Of a stretch of 64,000 bases of DNA, positions 28,368 through 37,132 are shown piece by piece. The DNA lies in the NCBI GenBank assembly GCA_050186825.1, contig JBFWYD010000056.1, positions 3,761-67,760 on the forward strand. Reading direction: 5' to 3'. The position numbers and the translations under genes were made by a program. Position 1 is the stretch's first letter. Every line of letters starts with the position of its first letter. Origin of the DNA: Planctomycetota bacterium (GTDB taxonomy: Bacteria > Planctomycetota > J058). The notes below the pieces were generated by a model. The model did no database searches. It was given only the letters and a program-made list of their open reading frames with translations, and had not been told where the DNA came from.

Positions 28368-29372
28368 CTACTCGCTCTTCGAAGGCGTGGGCTGCTCGCT
28401 CGGAGCGGACGGGGCTGGGTCGGGCGCCTGCGTCTTCTCACCCGCGGCGCGCTCCTTGGCCAGCTGCTCGTCGAGCATCGTCTGCAGGATGCAGGCGCCG
28501 AGGCGATTCACCTTGCCGCGCTGGAGGTTCCCGATCCCAGCCTGGCAGCGGCCATCCATGCGCTTGAGATGCATGACGCTCGCGATGATCTTGTTCTGCT
28601 GGGCAGGGGTCGAAGGCCCGCTGGCCTGCTCGAGGGTCAGCCCGTAGCGCGGGAGGAGCTCCTCCCCCCACGGCGGCTGGGTCTTGAGCTCCAGGGTCTT
28701 CAGCACGTTCGCCATCAGCGCGCAGCTGTCGAGGGGGTAGGCGAAGCACCACACGCGCAGACCCGCGGACATGTAGAGGTAGACGGTCCCCCCTCGGCGG
28801 TGCGTAGCCCAGCGCTCGACGGGCAAGCGGTGGGAGAGCTTGAACTGCGGCTCGCGGGCCTCCTGCCCCTCGTGCCACTCGACCTTCTCCCACACTCCCT
28901 CGCGGATGCTCTCCCAGGGGAGGATCAAGAACAGCTGGACCATCAGGCGATGCCGCTTGCCCCGCCGCAGGAAGGCGCGGAACCCGAGCAGCTCCTGGTC
29001 CTCGCGCTCCTGCTTCCACTCGGGGTCGAGGGTGAGCGCGAAGCTGCCAGCCCGCGGCTCGTAGCGCTTGCCCGCCGGCGCCTTGCTCGCCACGGGAGCC
29101 GGGCTCGCCCCGCCGATCGGCGGGAGCTGGACGGACGGGCTCACGCTGGGGCTGGCGCCCGAGGGAGCAGGAGCGGGACCCGAGGAGTGGGCGAAGTGCC
29201 AGGCGCCCGCGGCGCAGGCGGCGACGACCACGGCGCCGAGCAGGAGCCCGCCGCCCCCGCCGCCCTCGACCTGGCGAGGGTCGGTGCGGTGTACGGCGAA
29301 GGTCTGCGCCGGCGGAGCCGCGGGCTCGGCGGGGCCGCTGGGCGGGGTCTCGGAGCTGGTCGAGTCGGTCAT
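28368..29372 (-). CDS. Single-TM hypothetical protein (intact paralog of 23945-24984)
   Basis: Shares 'FAVHR.DP.QVEGGG', 'VVAACAAGAWHFA', 'FALTLDPEW', 'KRHRLMV.LFL.LPWE' and 'PPWG.ELLPRY' with the other copy. Confidence 0.78.
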   Translation of the reverse strand: MTDSTSSETPPSGPAEPAAPPAQTFAVHRTDPRQVEGGGGGGLLLGAVVVAACAAGAWHFAHSSGPAPAPSGASPSVSPSVQLPPIGGASPAPVASKAPAGKRYEPRAGSFALTLDPEWKQEREDQELLGFRAFLRRGKRHRLMVQLFLILPWESIREGVWEKVEWHEGQEAREPQFKLSHRLPVERWATHRRGGTVYLYMSAGLRVWCFAYPLDSCALMANVLKTLELKTQPPWGEELLPRYGLTLEQASGPSTPAQQNKIIASVMHLKRMDGRCQAGIGNLQRGKVNRLGACILQTMLDEQLAKERAAGEKTQAPDPAPSAPSEQPTPSKSE

Positions 29373-29421
29373 GAGGGAGGCGCTCCTGGCGGCGAGGCGC
29401 CGCGCAGAGGGCGGGATCGGC

Positions 29422-30114
29422 TCAGGCCGTCCCGTCCTCGGGGAAGGAGAGGGTCACGGCGTGGCCCTGGTTCAGCGCGCGCAGCCGGTCCACGAAGTCG
29501 CGGGCCGAGACCTCGGGCTTGAGCCGGACCTGGTAGACCAGCTCGTAGAGGGTCCCGTCGCGGACCAGCCCCAGCGAGAGCCGGCGCCAGTCGGCGAGCA
29601 GCTGGGTGAAGGGCTCCTGGAGCAGCTCCTCGTAGTTGGCCCCGCTGTCGAGGCGCAGGCGGAGCAGCTGCAAGTCGGGGTCGCGCACGCCCCAGCCGCG
29701 CGCCGTGAGCACGACCACCACCAGCGCCACGCCCAGGGTGAAGACCACGGTCAGGCTCACGAAGCGGCCGCCCGCGCCCATCCCGGCGCACACCGCCCAG
29801 AAGATGAAGGCCAGGTCGCGCGCCTCCTTGACCGCGGTGCGGAAGCGCACCACGGACATGGCCCCGACCAGGGTGAAGGCGCGCGCCAGGTCGTTGCCGA
29901 CCACCAGCGTCACGAAGGCCACCAGCAGCGTGACCACCAGCAGGACCTGGATGAACGAGCGCGAGTAGTCGTGGCCGCGGTAGGTGCGGCGGTAGGTCTC
30001 GCCGATCACGAAGCCGCAGCCGAGCGCGGTCAGGCTGGAGAAGGCCAGGTCCAGCGGGCCGATCCCCAGGGGGACCTTCCAGGCCTCCGCGAAGCGCTCC
30101 AGGATGGGGTCCAT
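29422..30114 (-). CDS. DUF4956-family membrane protein
   Basis: 'VGNDLARAFTLVGAMSVVRFRTAVKEARDLAFIF' signature; ATG overlaps the VTC gene stop. Confidence 0.88.
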   Translation of the reverse strand: MDPILERFAEAWKVPLGIGPLDLAFSSLTALGCGFVIGETYRRTYRGHDYSRSFIQVLLVVTLLVAFVTLVVGNDLARAFTLVGAMSVVRFRTAVKEARDLAFIFWAVCAGMGAGGRFVSLTVVFTLGVALVVVVLTARGWGVRDPDLQLLRLRLDSGANYEELLQEPFTQLLADWRRLSLGLVRDGTLYELVYQVRLKPEVSARDFVDRLRALNQGHAVTLSFPEDGTA

Positions 30115-30854
30115 CACCGACCTCGTGAGGCTGCGCCGAGCGGGCGGGTGGCCGCCACGGCCAGGCAGAACTTGGAGATCCTCGTCCAGCGCGGGCCGCC
30201 GCGGCGGAGAGCGGCGCAGAGCGAGGGGGGGAGCGGCCGGGTCGTCTTGACCTCGAGGATCGTGGGGGTCTCGCCGTGGAGGGGGGTCAGCTCCAGCGAG
30301 GCGACCTGGGGGGAGAGGAAGGCGTCCACGAGGTCCTCCCCCGCGCCGCACAGGGCGCGGTCGAAGGTGACCCGCAGCCCGGGGTCGAGCTCGTGCTCCC
30401 AGGCCTCGCGCTCGTAGCGGGTGATCACCGCGGGCTCGAGGGGGCGCCGCGCGAGCTCGAGCAGGACGCGGGCGGCCTCCTGGGAGCCCGCGGCCCGCGC
30501 CGCGTCGAGGGGCTCCAGGTCGCCGCGCGCCAGGCGCTCGAGCTCCTCGCCCCCGAGCGGGACCCGCCACTTGCGGACCCGCGACCCGCGCCGCTCCTTG
30601 AGCTCCGCGAAGCCGCCTCGCTCGGCCCCGTAGCGACGGAGGCGCAGCTTGGCGCGACGGCCGACCCCCTCCTCGCGCTCGTAGAAGCCGTCCAGGCCCG
30701 CGGTGTCCAGGTAGAGGCTCGTGACGGTGTAGCTGGGGCTGGCGGCGGAGGTGCGCCGGTCGCGCGCGAGCAGCGGGCCCAGCTCTGCGAGCAGCGCGGC
30801 CTCCTGCGCGGGCGTGCTCCAGTACTTCAGCTCGCGGCGCCAGGGCGGGCTCAC
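30114..30854 (-). CDS. VTC-domain polyphosphate polymerase-like protein
   Basis: RRELKY, YTVTSLYLDT, KLRLRRY, ELKER, YEREAW, RVTFD, ILEVK, ISKF; GTG at 30854 overlaps the CotH stop. Confidence 0.88.
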   Translation of the reverse strand: MSPPWRRELKYWSTPAQEAALLAELGPLLARDRRTSAASPSYTVTSLYLDTAGLDGFYEREEGVGRRAKLRLRRYGAERGGFAELKERRGSRVRKWRVPLGGEELERLARGDLEPLDAARAAGSQEAARVLLELARRPLEPAVITRYEREAWEHELDPGLRVTFDRALCGAGEDLVDAFLSPQVASLELTPLHGETPTILEVKTTRPLPPSLCAALRRGGPRWTRISKFCLAVAATRPLGAASRGR

Positions 30855-33064
30855 GCGCGGGTCCCTCCCGCCTGCCGGTAGGCGAAGACCAGCAGCAGCA
30901 GCAGGCCCAGGGCCCCGGCGTCCAGCGCTCGGCGGGTCTTCAGCCCCTCCTGCAGCGCCGCGACCTCCGACGTCGTCCGCTCCGCGGGTGCCGGCGGGAG
31001 GGCGAGGAGCTCGCGAGCGCAGGTCTCCGAGAGGAAGCGGCGCCGCTCCTGGGCGTAGAGCCGGAGCGCGTTCAGGCCGCGGAAGAAGTGCTCGGGCTGG
31101 AAGGGCGCGCTGGGCTGGCGATCGCCCCGATAGGTGCCCCAGCGCTGCCGGTCCGCCAGCACCTCGGGCCAGCGCGCCTTCGCCAGCGACATGATGCGCG
31201 CGGCGAGCGGCTGGACCGCGAACTCGCTCGAGAGCAGCTCCTGGATGGTCAGGTAGAGCCGCCGGCGATGCGCGGGGACCGAGAGGAAGCGGTCGCGCAT
31301 CCGGTTCCACCAGCGGTAGGGGCCGCCGACCTCGGCCTCCTTCGTGCCCTGGACGACGGGGAGGTCGACCGGGAGCGTGTCCTTGTCCACGAAGTACTCC
31401 CCCCAAGTCAGGTCCAGGTCCCAGGGGATGACCACCCACTTGCCGCTGCCCTCGACGTCACGACACCAGTAGTAGTTCTTGACCAGGCTGTCCCAGTGGC
31501 TGATCAGGGCGCACACGGCCAGGTAGCGCAGGTAGCGCTCGACGTCGAGCTCGCGCGCGAAGTAGGCCTCGAGCTGCTCGGGTGGGCAGGCGGTGTAGCC
31601 CTCGATGAAGCGCTGGAGCTCGGCGTAGGGCTCGTCGGTGCGGGTGGCCTTTCCCCAGGCCGCCGCGTACCAGGCCGCGTTGGGGTAGCTCCGCCCGTCG
31701 CACCACTCCTCCGGGGTGCGCGTGACCTGCGCCTTGTAGAGGGCGCCGCCCGCGAGCCCGCTCCGGGTCAGGAACACCTCGTCGGTCGGCTCGATCGCGA
31801 TCGAGAGCCCGTAGCGCTCCCCGTTGAGGTGTACGCGCACCAGCCGCGCGCGCGGGCAGGGCACGCCCGCGCGCCGGAACAGGTCGTGGCTGAGCTCCTC
31901 GCGCAGGTAGCTCACGTCGTTGTGCGGCGAACGGAGGATCACGCCGCGCGGCGCCAGGGGACCCGGCCCGGGCTGGAGGAAGCGCAGGGTCCAGGAGCGC
32001 TTGGGCCAGGAGCGCGTCCAGGCGCTGCCGCGCACGTTCACGGTCACGCGGCCCACGATCTGGGTCCTGCCGTCGGCGACCACGACCAGGGTGGCGGGGA
32101 GCTGGGTGCGCCCGGGCTCGCCGAGCAGGGTCGCGCGGTCCTCCGCGCGCATCGAGAGGAAGTAGAGCGGCAGCACGCTCTGCTCCTCGCCGCGCACGAA
32201 GGCCCGCAGCCGCCCGCCCCAGGGGACCTGCTTCAGCGCGACCTGCGTCTCGCCCGCGCCCGCGACCAGCTCGACCCGGAGCAAGGCGGGGCCCCGCTGG
32301 GGCGGGATCGCGCCGCGATAGACCCCCTGCCTGCCCGCCTCCGCCCCGGCGCCAGGGAGGAGCGCCAGCTCCTGCCACGGCCCCTCGTCGAGCTTCCAGC
32401 GCGCGAACACGCGCTCTGCGCGGCCGTGGACCCGGACGCTGATCGGGATCGGCCCAGCGCCGGGCTCCTCCGGCAGGGTGGGGAGGTCGAGGCAGAGCGA
32501 GGGGAGCTCGCCCAGGCCCTCACCGGGCCGCCCGGGCGTGGGCGCAGCCGAGGCCCAGTTCTCGGGGCCACGGTAGGCGGTGCGGGCGTCCCGCCGCTGC
32601 CACGACTTGCCCGGCTCGACGGGGCCGTAGCGCACGCGGTCGACCTCGCGGCCCGCTGCGTCGTGGAGCATCAGCTCCCCGCCCCGGTCGCGCATCCGCT
32701 CCCAGAGCGGGGCGAAGACCTCGACCTGGGGGAACTCGGAGTGAAAGGGCTCGGGGCCCTCGGCCAGGACCAGGCACGCCCCGGCCGCCAGCCGAGCGCC
32801 GGCCGGGAAGGTGAAGGAGACGTCGCCGATCAGCCGGTAGCCCCCCAGGTTCGCGCTCTCCGGGCCGGGGTTGTAGACCTCGACGAACTCGGCCTGCGCC
32901 TGGCGGACCTCGCTGATGACGGGCTCCCCGCGAGCTGGGCCGCACAGGGCCAGCGCGGCCAGGCCCGGGCCCCACCATGAGACCCCCCAGCATGAGGGCC
33001 AGCATGAAGCGGGCCCCCGAGCGCCGCGAGGGCGCCCGGAGGCCGCGCGAATCGAGGACGACAT
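30851..33064 (-). CDS. CotH-family kinase with a lamin-tail domain and C-terminal membrane anchor
   Basis: LTD 'VISEV...EFVEVYNPG...NLGGYRL'; CotH 'VRGS...KRSW', 'DVSYLREELS', 'HWDSLVKNYY', 'IPWDLDLTWG'; C-terminal hydrophobic helix. Start uncertain. Confidence 0.87.
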   Translation of the reverse strand: MSSSIRAASGRPRGARGPASCWPSCWGVSWWGPGLAALALCGPARGEPVISEVRQAQAEFVEVYNPGPESANLGGYRLIGDVSFTFPAGARLAAGACLVLAEGPEPFHSEFPQVEVFAPLWERMRDRGGELMLHDAAGREVDRVRYGPVEPGKSWQRRDARTAYRGPENWASAAPTPGRPGEGLGELPSLCLDLPTLPEEPGAGPIPISVRVHGRAERVFARWKLDEGPWQELALLPGAGAEAGRQGVYRGAIPPQRGPALLRVELVAGAGETQVALKQVPWGGRLRAFVRGEEQSVLPLYFLSMRAEDRATLLGEPGRTQLPATLVVVADGRTQIVGRVTVNVRGSAWTRSWPKRSWTLRFLQPGPGPLAPRGVILRSPHNDVSYLREELSHDLFRRAGVPCPRARLVRVHLNGERYGLSIAIEPTDEVFLTRSGLAGGALYKAQVTRTPEEWCDGRSYPNAAWYAAAWGKATRTDEPYAELQRFIEGYTACPPEQLEAYFARELDVERYLRYLAVCALISHWDSLVKNYYWCRDVEGSGKWVVIPWDLDLTWGEYFVDKDTLPVDLPVVQGTKEAEVGGPYRWWNRMRDRFLSVPAHRRRLYLTIQELLSSEFAVQPLAARIMSLAKARWPEVLADRQRWGTYRGDRQPSAPFQPEHFFRGLNALRLYAQERRRFLSETCARELLALPPAPAERTTSEVAALQEGLKTRRALDAGALGLLLLLVFAYRQAGGTRA

Positions 33065-33081
33065 TGGCCGCCCCGACGCGG

Positions 33082-34713
33082 CTAGCTGCCGCTCGTCTGC
33101 CGCCAGAGGACGATCTGGGTGCTGTCCGAACCGCTGCCCGCCGGCGCGGGCATACCGGGGAACTCGACCGTGCCGTTCTCCAGACGCGCGTCGTACTTGA
33201 CCCGCAGGCTGGGGTACTTCTTTCCGCTCGCGCGGTCGCCGGCGAGGAACTGTCCACCCGAGCTCAGGAAGCCGTAGACGCCGTAGGCCTGCTTGGTCTG
33301 AGCCGTCGGCGCGATGTAGACGTTGTTCTGGGCGTAGAAGTAGCCGTCGGTGACGCCGCCCTGGGACGCGACCTTGTCGCCGAACCAGATATTGCCGTAG
33401 CCCTCCTTGGGACCGGAGTAGTTGCTGCCGTCGTAGGTGGCGGGGGTGGCGTTGGGGTCGTTGTTGTAGATGAGGGTCTCACCGTTGTCGATGACCCCGT
33501 TCATGTCGTCGTCGAGGTAGCTCGCCGTGCCGCTTGCGTCAGGGGCCTTGACGATGAACAGCACCCCGTCCTTGGTCGCGTCCTTGTAGGAGAGGCCGTC
33601 CGCGATGTAGAGGTTCCCCTCGACCACCACCGTGAACTTGATGCCGTTGGTCGTGGTCGGCCACTTGAACTGGGTCTGGCCGCGGGTGTCGATCCAGAGG
33701 TTGCCCTTGACCACGAAGATCTTGCCATCGTCGGCCGAGGTCACGGGGACGGTGCTGTTGTTACCGGCGAAGTGGAAGTTGTTGAGGGAGTACTTGCTCG
33801 CGTTCGTGATGTAGTCGTAGGGCGAGCTCTTGTAGCTGCCGACCGGGGAGTCGAACAACCAGGACGGCAGGCCCGAGTCGCCCTTGTGCCACACGCCGCC
33901 GCTGGTGCTGGCCAGGGTGTCGTAGTCCTCCGCCGCGAGGTCCGGGGGGTCGATCGGGCTGGCGTTGGTGTCCTTGGTGCCGTTCACGGGCTTGCCCATG
34001 ATGCCGCCGGTCGAGGCCACGTCGCCGTAGATGTCGGTCTGGCCGCTGATCAGGATGCTGGTCCCGTTGATGTGGATGTCGCCGTCCACGAAGTCGCCGT
34101 TCTGGACCCAGTTCTCCCAGGAGCTGCCCGGGTAGTCCGTGCTCGAGCTGTTGCCGCTCCAGGTGCCCTCCGCCCCGTTTCCGTTGGGCGCGCCCGAGCC
34201 AGGGCCGAGGTTCAGGGTGTAGCTCGCGCTCTGCGAGTTGCCCACGTAGATCGCCTTGTAGAACAGCTCGTGGAAGCTCTTGCGCTGGTAGATCTCGACC
34301 CCGCGCGAGATCCCGCGCGAGTTCGTGGCCTTGGAGGTGATGCGGTAGACGCCCGACTCCTTCTTGTCGGCGCCATCGATCAGGCCGTCACCGTCGTCGT
34401 CGACGCCGTTGCTGCCGAAGTCGGTGACCGTGACCACGACCGCGCCGAAGCCAGGCAGGGTGTAGGTGGTCGTCCCGGCGGTCAGCGTGCCCGACTGCGA
34501 CGAGGCCTGGATCGCCAGCGCGATGCCCGTGTCGGCGGCGTTGAGGCACTCGAGGCCGTCCGACTGCTCCTGCGAGGTGTTGCTGCGGAGCACGGCCCCC
34601 TGGGTGGTGAGGATCATCATGCCCGCGAGCATCAGCACCACGACGATGGTGATGATCATGGCGGAGCCCTGCTCTGGGTCGGGCCGCTCGGGCCGCTCGA
34701 AGTCCGGATTCAT
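33082..34713 (-). CDS. PilX/GspK-like minor pilin with a large C-terminal beta-rich domain (cassette B)
   Basis: 'PEQG|SAMIITIVVVLMLAG' without Glu5; 'GVDDDGDGLIDG'; many blocks shared with 19320-21176. Confidence 0.8.
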   Translation of the reverse strand: MNPDFERPERPDPEQGSAMIITIVVVLMLAGMMILTTQGAVLRSNTSQEQSDGLECLNAADTGIALAIQASSQSGTLTAGTTTYTLPGFGAVVVTVTDFGSNGVDDDGDGLIDGADKKESGVYRITSKATNSRGISRGVEIYQRKSFHELFYKAIYVGNSQSASYTLNLGPGSGAPNGNGAEGTWSGNSSSTDYPGSSWENWVQNGDFVDGDIHINGTSILISGQTDIYGDVASTGGIMGKPVNGTKDTNASPIDPPDLAAEDYDTLASTSGGVWHKGDSGLPSWLFDSPVGSYKSSPYDYITNASKYSLNNFHFAGNNSTVPVTSADDGKIFVVKGNLWIDTRGQTQFKWPTTTNGIKFTVVVEGNLYIADGLSYKDATKDGVLFIVKAPDASGTASYLDDDMNGVIDNGETLIYNNDPNATPATYDGSNYSGPKEGYGNIWFGDKVASQGGVTDGYFYAQNNVYIAPTAQTKQAYGVYGFLSSGGQFLAGDRASGKKYPSLRVKYDARLENGTVEFPGMPAPAGSGSDSTQIVLWRQTSGS

Positions 34714-34725
34714 GGCGTCCTCTCT

Positions 34726-35403
34726 CTAGTCCAGGCGGTTGCGGAAGGCGATGTCGACGGTCTGGGTGTAGGTGTAGGTCTGGCCGTTGCTCGGCAGGCG
34801 CTTGAGCAGCGTGAAGCTGATCTGCAGCGCACAGTCGGTGTTCGCGATAGGGGTGCTCCCGAAGCTGGGCAGGATCTGGAAGTTGAGCGAGCTGGCCTGC
34901 ACGTCGGTGGCGAAGGTCATCAGGGTCTCGCCGCTGTCCGCGGCCGAGCCGTTGTTGTTGGCGTCCTCGCAGAGCTCGAGGCGGCCCTCGTCGATCAGCC
35001 CGTCGCCGTCGTCGTCGGCGCCGTTGCCCGTCTCGCCCGCGTCGTAGACGAAGCGGATCAGGCGCACCGGGGAGCGCGAGACGCCGTTGTTGTCGGTGAC
35101 CCCGTCCGAGTCCTTGCCGTCGAAGTCGTAGCCGAGGATGCTCCGGAACTGCGCCGCCGTGTTCTGGGTGTAGCCCGTGGCCGTGGGGCTGAGCACGTAC
35201 TCCTGCGCGCTGCGCAGGTAGAGGTTCAGGTCCGCGGCCACGCGGTTGGACCTCAGCGCCGTGTCCGAGATCGCCAGCGTGTCGCCCACGTTCTGGCCCG
35301 TCTCGGCGCTCACGACCATGGCCATCCCGATCATGGTCATCAGGATCGCGCTGGCGATCATGACCTCGAGGACGGTGAAGGTGCGCCCGTGTCGGATCTT
35401 CAT
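34726..35403 (-). CDS. PilW/GspJ-like prepilin-type protein (cassette B)
   Basis: 'MKIRHGRT|FTVLEVMIASAIL'; 'GADDDGDGLIDEG'; ends 'IAFRNRLD'. Confidence 0.83.
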   Translation of the reverse strand: MKIRHGRTFTVLEVMIASAILMTMIGMAMVVSAETGQNVGDTLAISDTALRSNRVAADLNLYLRSAQEYVLSPTATGYTQNTAAQFRSILGYDFDGKDSDGVTDNNGVSRSPVRLIRFVYDAGETGNGADDDGDGLIDEGRLELCEDANNNGSAADSGETLMTFATDVQASSLNFQILPSFGSTPIANTDCALQISFTLLKRLPSNGQTYTYTQTVDIAFRNRLD

Positions 35404-35405
35404 GG

Positions 35406-35960
35406 CTAGCCCTTCTTGTAGAGGAAGGTGACGACCTGGTAGGTGCGCGTGGTGCCCGCGTCGCTGGTCCACGTGATCGTGAAGCGCAGGGGGACGGTCC
35501 TGCTGTAGTCGGCGCGCGTGCTGTTGGTGTCGTCCTCGCCAGAGGTCCCGTCCGCGTCGAGGTCGATGGTCCCCGCGGCCGCGCCCACGGCCGTCTCGGC
35601 CTCCGCCTCGGAGAGGACCCGCACGACGTGCTTGCAGTCCGTGAGCGTGCTCCCGCTCGAGGTCAGGTTCTGCTCGGCCGTGTTCGAGGCCCCGCTGTAG
35701 TCGGGCGAAGACCAGATCGCGGCGGCGATGGCCTGCGGAGTCTGGCCGCGGTACTGTTCGAGGACGTTCTCGACCAGACCGGCCGCCACCTCGCGCTCAC
35801 GCGCGCTGGCGCGGGTCAGGGCCGAGACGCACATGGCGGAGACCATGCTCGCCATGGCGATCGCCAGGATCGCGATCGAGAGCATGACCTCGAGCAGGGT
35901 GAAGGCTCGCAGGAGCCGGGCGCGCTGGAGCTTGGCGCTCCGAGTCTTGGCGATCGTCAT
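35406..35960 (-). CDS. PilV/GspI-like prepilin-type protein (cassette B)
   Basis: 'LLRA|FTLLEVMLSIAILAIAM'; 'DLDADG' loop; TGATG overlap with the HEAT gene. Confidence 0.85.
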   Translation of the reverse strand: MTIAKTRSAKLQRARLLRAFTLLEVMLSIAILAIAMASMVSAMCVSALTRASAREREVAAGLVENVLEQYRGQTPQAIAAAIWSSPDYSGASNTAEQNLTSSGSTLTDCKHVVRVLSEAEAETAVGAAAGTIDLDADGTSGEDDTNSTRADYSRTVPLRFTITWTSDAGTTRTYQVVTFLYKKG

Positions 35961-37132
35961 CACTGGGTCGCCCCCTTCGTCTTCCACCACTGCTGCCAGG
36001 TGGGTTGGTTCTGGCGGAGCTTCTGCCCCGTGAGCTGCTTGAGCGCGCCCCAGGCCGCGTCGCGCTCGTCACGCGGGCGGTTCATGGCGAGCGCCCCGAT
36101 CAGGACGTCGGCCCAGTCGGCGTCGAGCCCGATCCGCACGCAAGGTGCGATGCGGAAGGCCTCGGTCCGCACCGACGACTCCGGGTGCGTGGCGAAGATC
36201 CAGATCCGGCCGGCGAACTGAGGCAGGTTGGCCTTGATTCCCGCGATGTCGTCCGGGCCCAGCTCGCCCTCGTTGGCCAGCCCGAGCTCCTGTACGCGCG
36301 CGGCGATCCGCTCCTCGTAGAGGTCGGTCACGCGCCTGCGGAGCCCGCGCGCGAGCCCGAGCATCAGGGTGGTGTCGATGGTCTGGGAATCGAGCGCGCG
36401 CAGCAGCTCGTCGAGGGGCTCCTCGCCCAGGCTGACGCTCAGCCCGCCCGTCACCGCCTCGACGCGCTCCAGGATCCGGTCGCGCTCCCGGCGGCCGAGG
36501 TCCTCCCCCGCCGCGCGCAGGAACTCCTCGAGGGCCTCGTTCAAGTCGCGGATGCGGTCGCGCGACCCGATGCTCAGGAGCCGGATCAGGACCTCGCGGT
36601 GCTTCATCCACACCTTGATGTCGCGCTCGCTCAGCCCACCGAGCAGGGCCTGGAACACCAGCCGGGGCGCGCAGCGCCGCAGGCCCAGGCAGGCCTCGTC
36701 CACGTAGGAGCTGTCGACGTGCTCCTGCGCGGCCCGGAGCGGGGCGACGATCTCCAGGATGGCCGCCCGGCTGGCCACGGCCCCCAGGGCGGGCGCGAGG
36801 TACTTCCAGCCCTGACCCTGCTCGCGCTGCTGCGTCGCCCACCGGACCAGGGCGTCCCCCTCCTGGGCCGACAGCTTGGTCACCTGCCCTATCAGCTTGG
36901 CGCGGGCCTCGTCGCTCTTGGCCGCCTCGATGGCCTTGGCCAACTCGACCCCGCCGAGCTTGGGCGCCTCGGTCTTCTCGGGGGTCTTCTGCTCAGGGGC
37001 CTTCTGCTCGGGGGCCTTCGGCTCGGGGTCTCCCGCGAGGGCCGCAGGGGCCAGGCCCAACCCGAGCGCCAAGGCGAGCAAGGTCGAGCGGAAGTGGTCA
37101 CTGGGTGCCATTTCGTGCCCTGGGTCACTCAT
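35960..37132 (-). CDS. Secreted HEAT-repeat protein (cassette B)
   Basis: Signal peptide 'STLLALALGLGLAPAALA'; C-terminal 'RDAAWGALKQLTGQKLRQNQPTWQQWW'. Start may be 37111, 37132 or 37198. Confidence 0.75.
   Translation of the reverse strand: MSDPGHEMAPSDHFRSTLLALALGLGLAPAALAGDPEPKAPEQKAPEQKTPEKTEAPKLGGVELAKAIEAAKSDEARAKLIGQVTKLSAQEGDALVRWATQQREQGQGWKYLAPALGAVASRAAILEIVAPLRAAQEHVDSSYVDEACLGLRRCAPRLVFQALLGGLSERDIKVWMKHREVLIRLLSIGSRDRIRDLNEALEEFLRAAGEDLGRRERDRILERVEAVTGGLSVSLGEEPLDELLRALDSQTIDTTLMLGLARGLRRRVTDLYEERIAARVQELGLANEGELGPDDIAGIKANLPQFAGRIWIFATHPESSVRTEAFRIAPCVRIGLDADWADVLIGALAMNRPRDERDAAWGALKQLTGQKLRQNQPTWQQWWKTKGATQ

Noticed and set aside
32960-33010. Possible frameshift in the CotH signal peptide (alternate frame 'MLALMLGGLMVG' near a G6 run)
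   Set aside because: The continuous ORF from 33064 already gives a plausible signal ('GLAALALCGPARG'); cannot be decided without reads.
19320-37132. Diversity-generating retroelement or shufflon explaining the paralogous pilins
   Set aside because: No reverse transcriptase or recombinase in the window and no near-identical template/variable repeat pair; the copies are diverged throughout.
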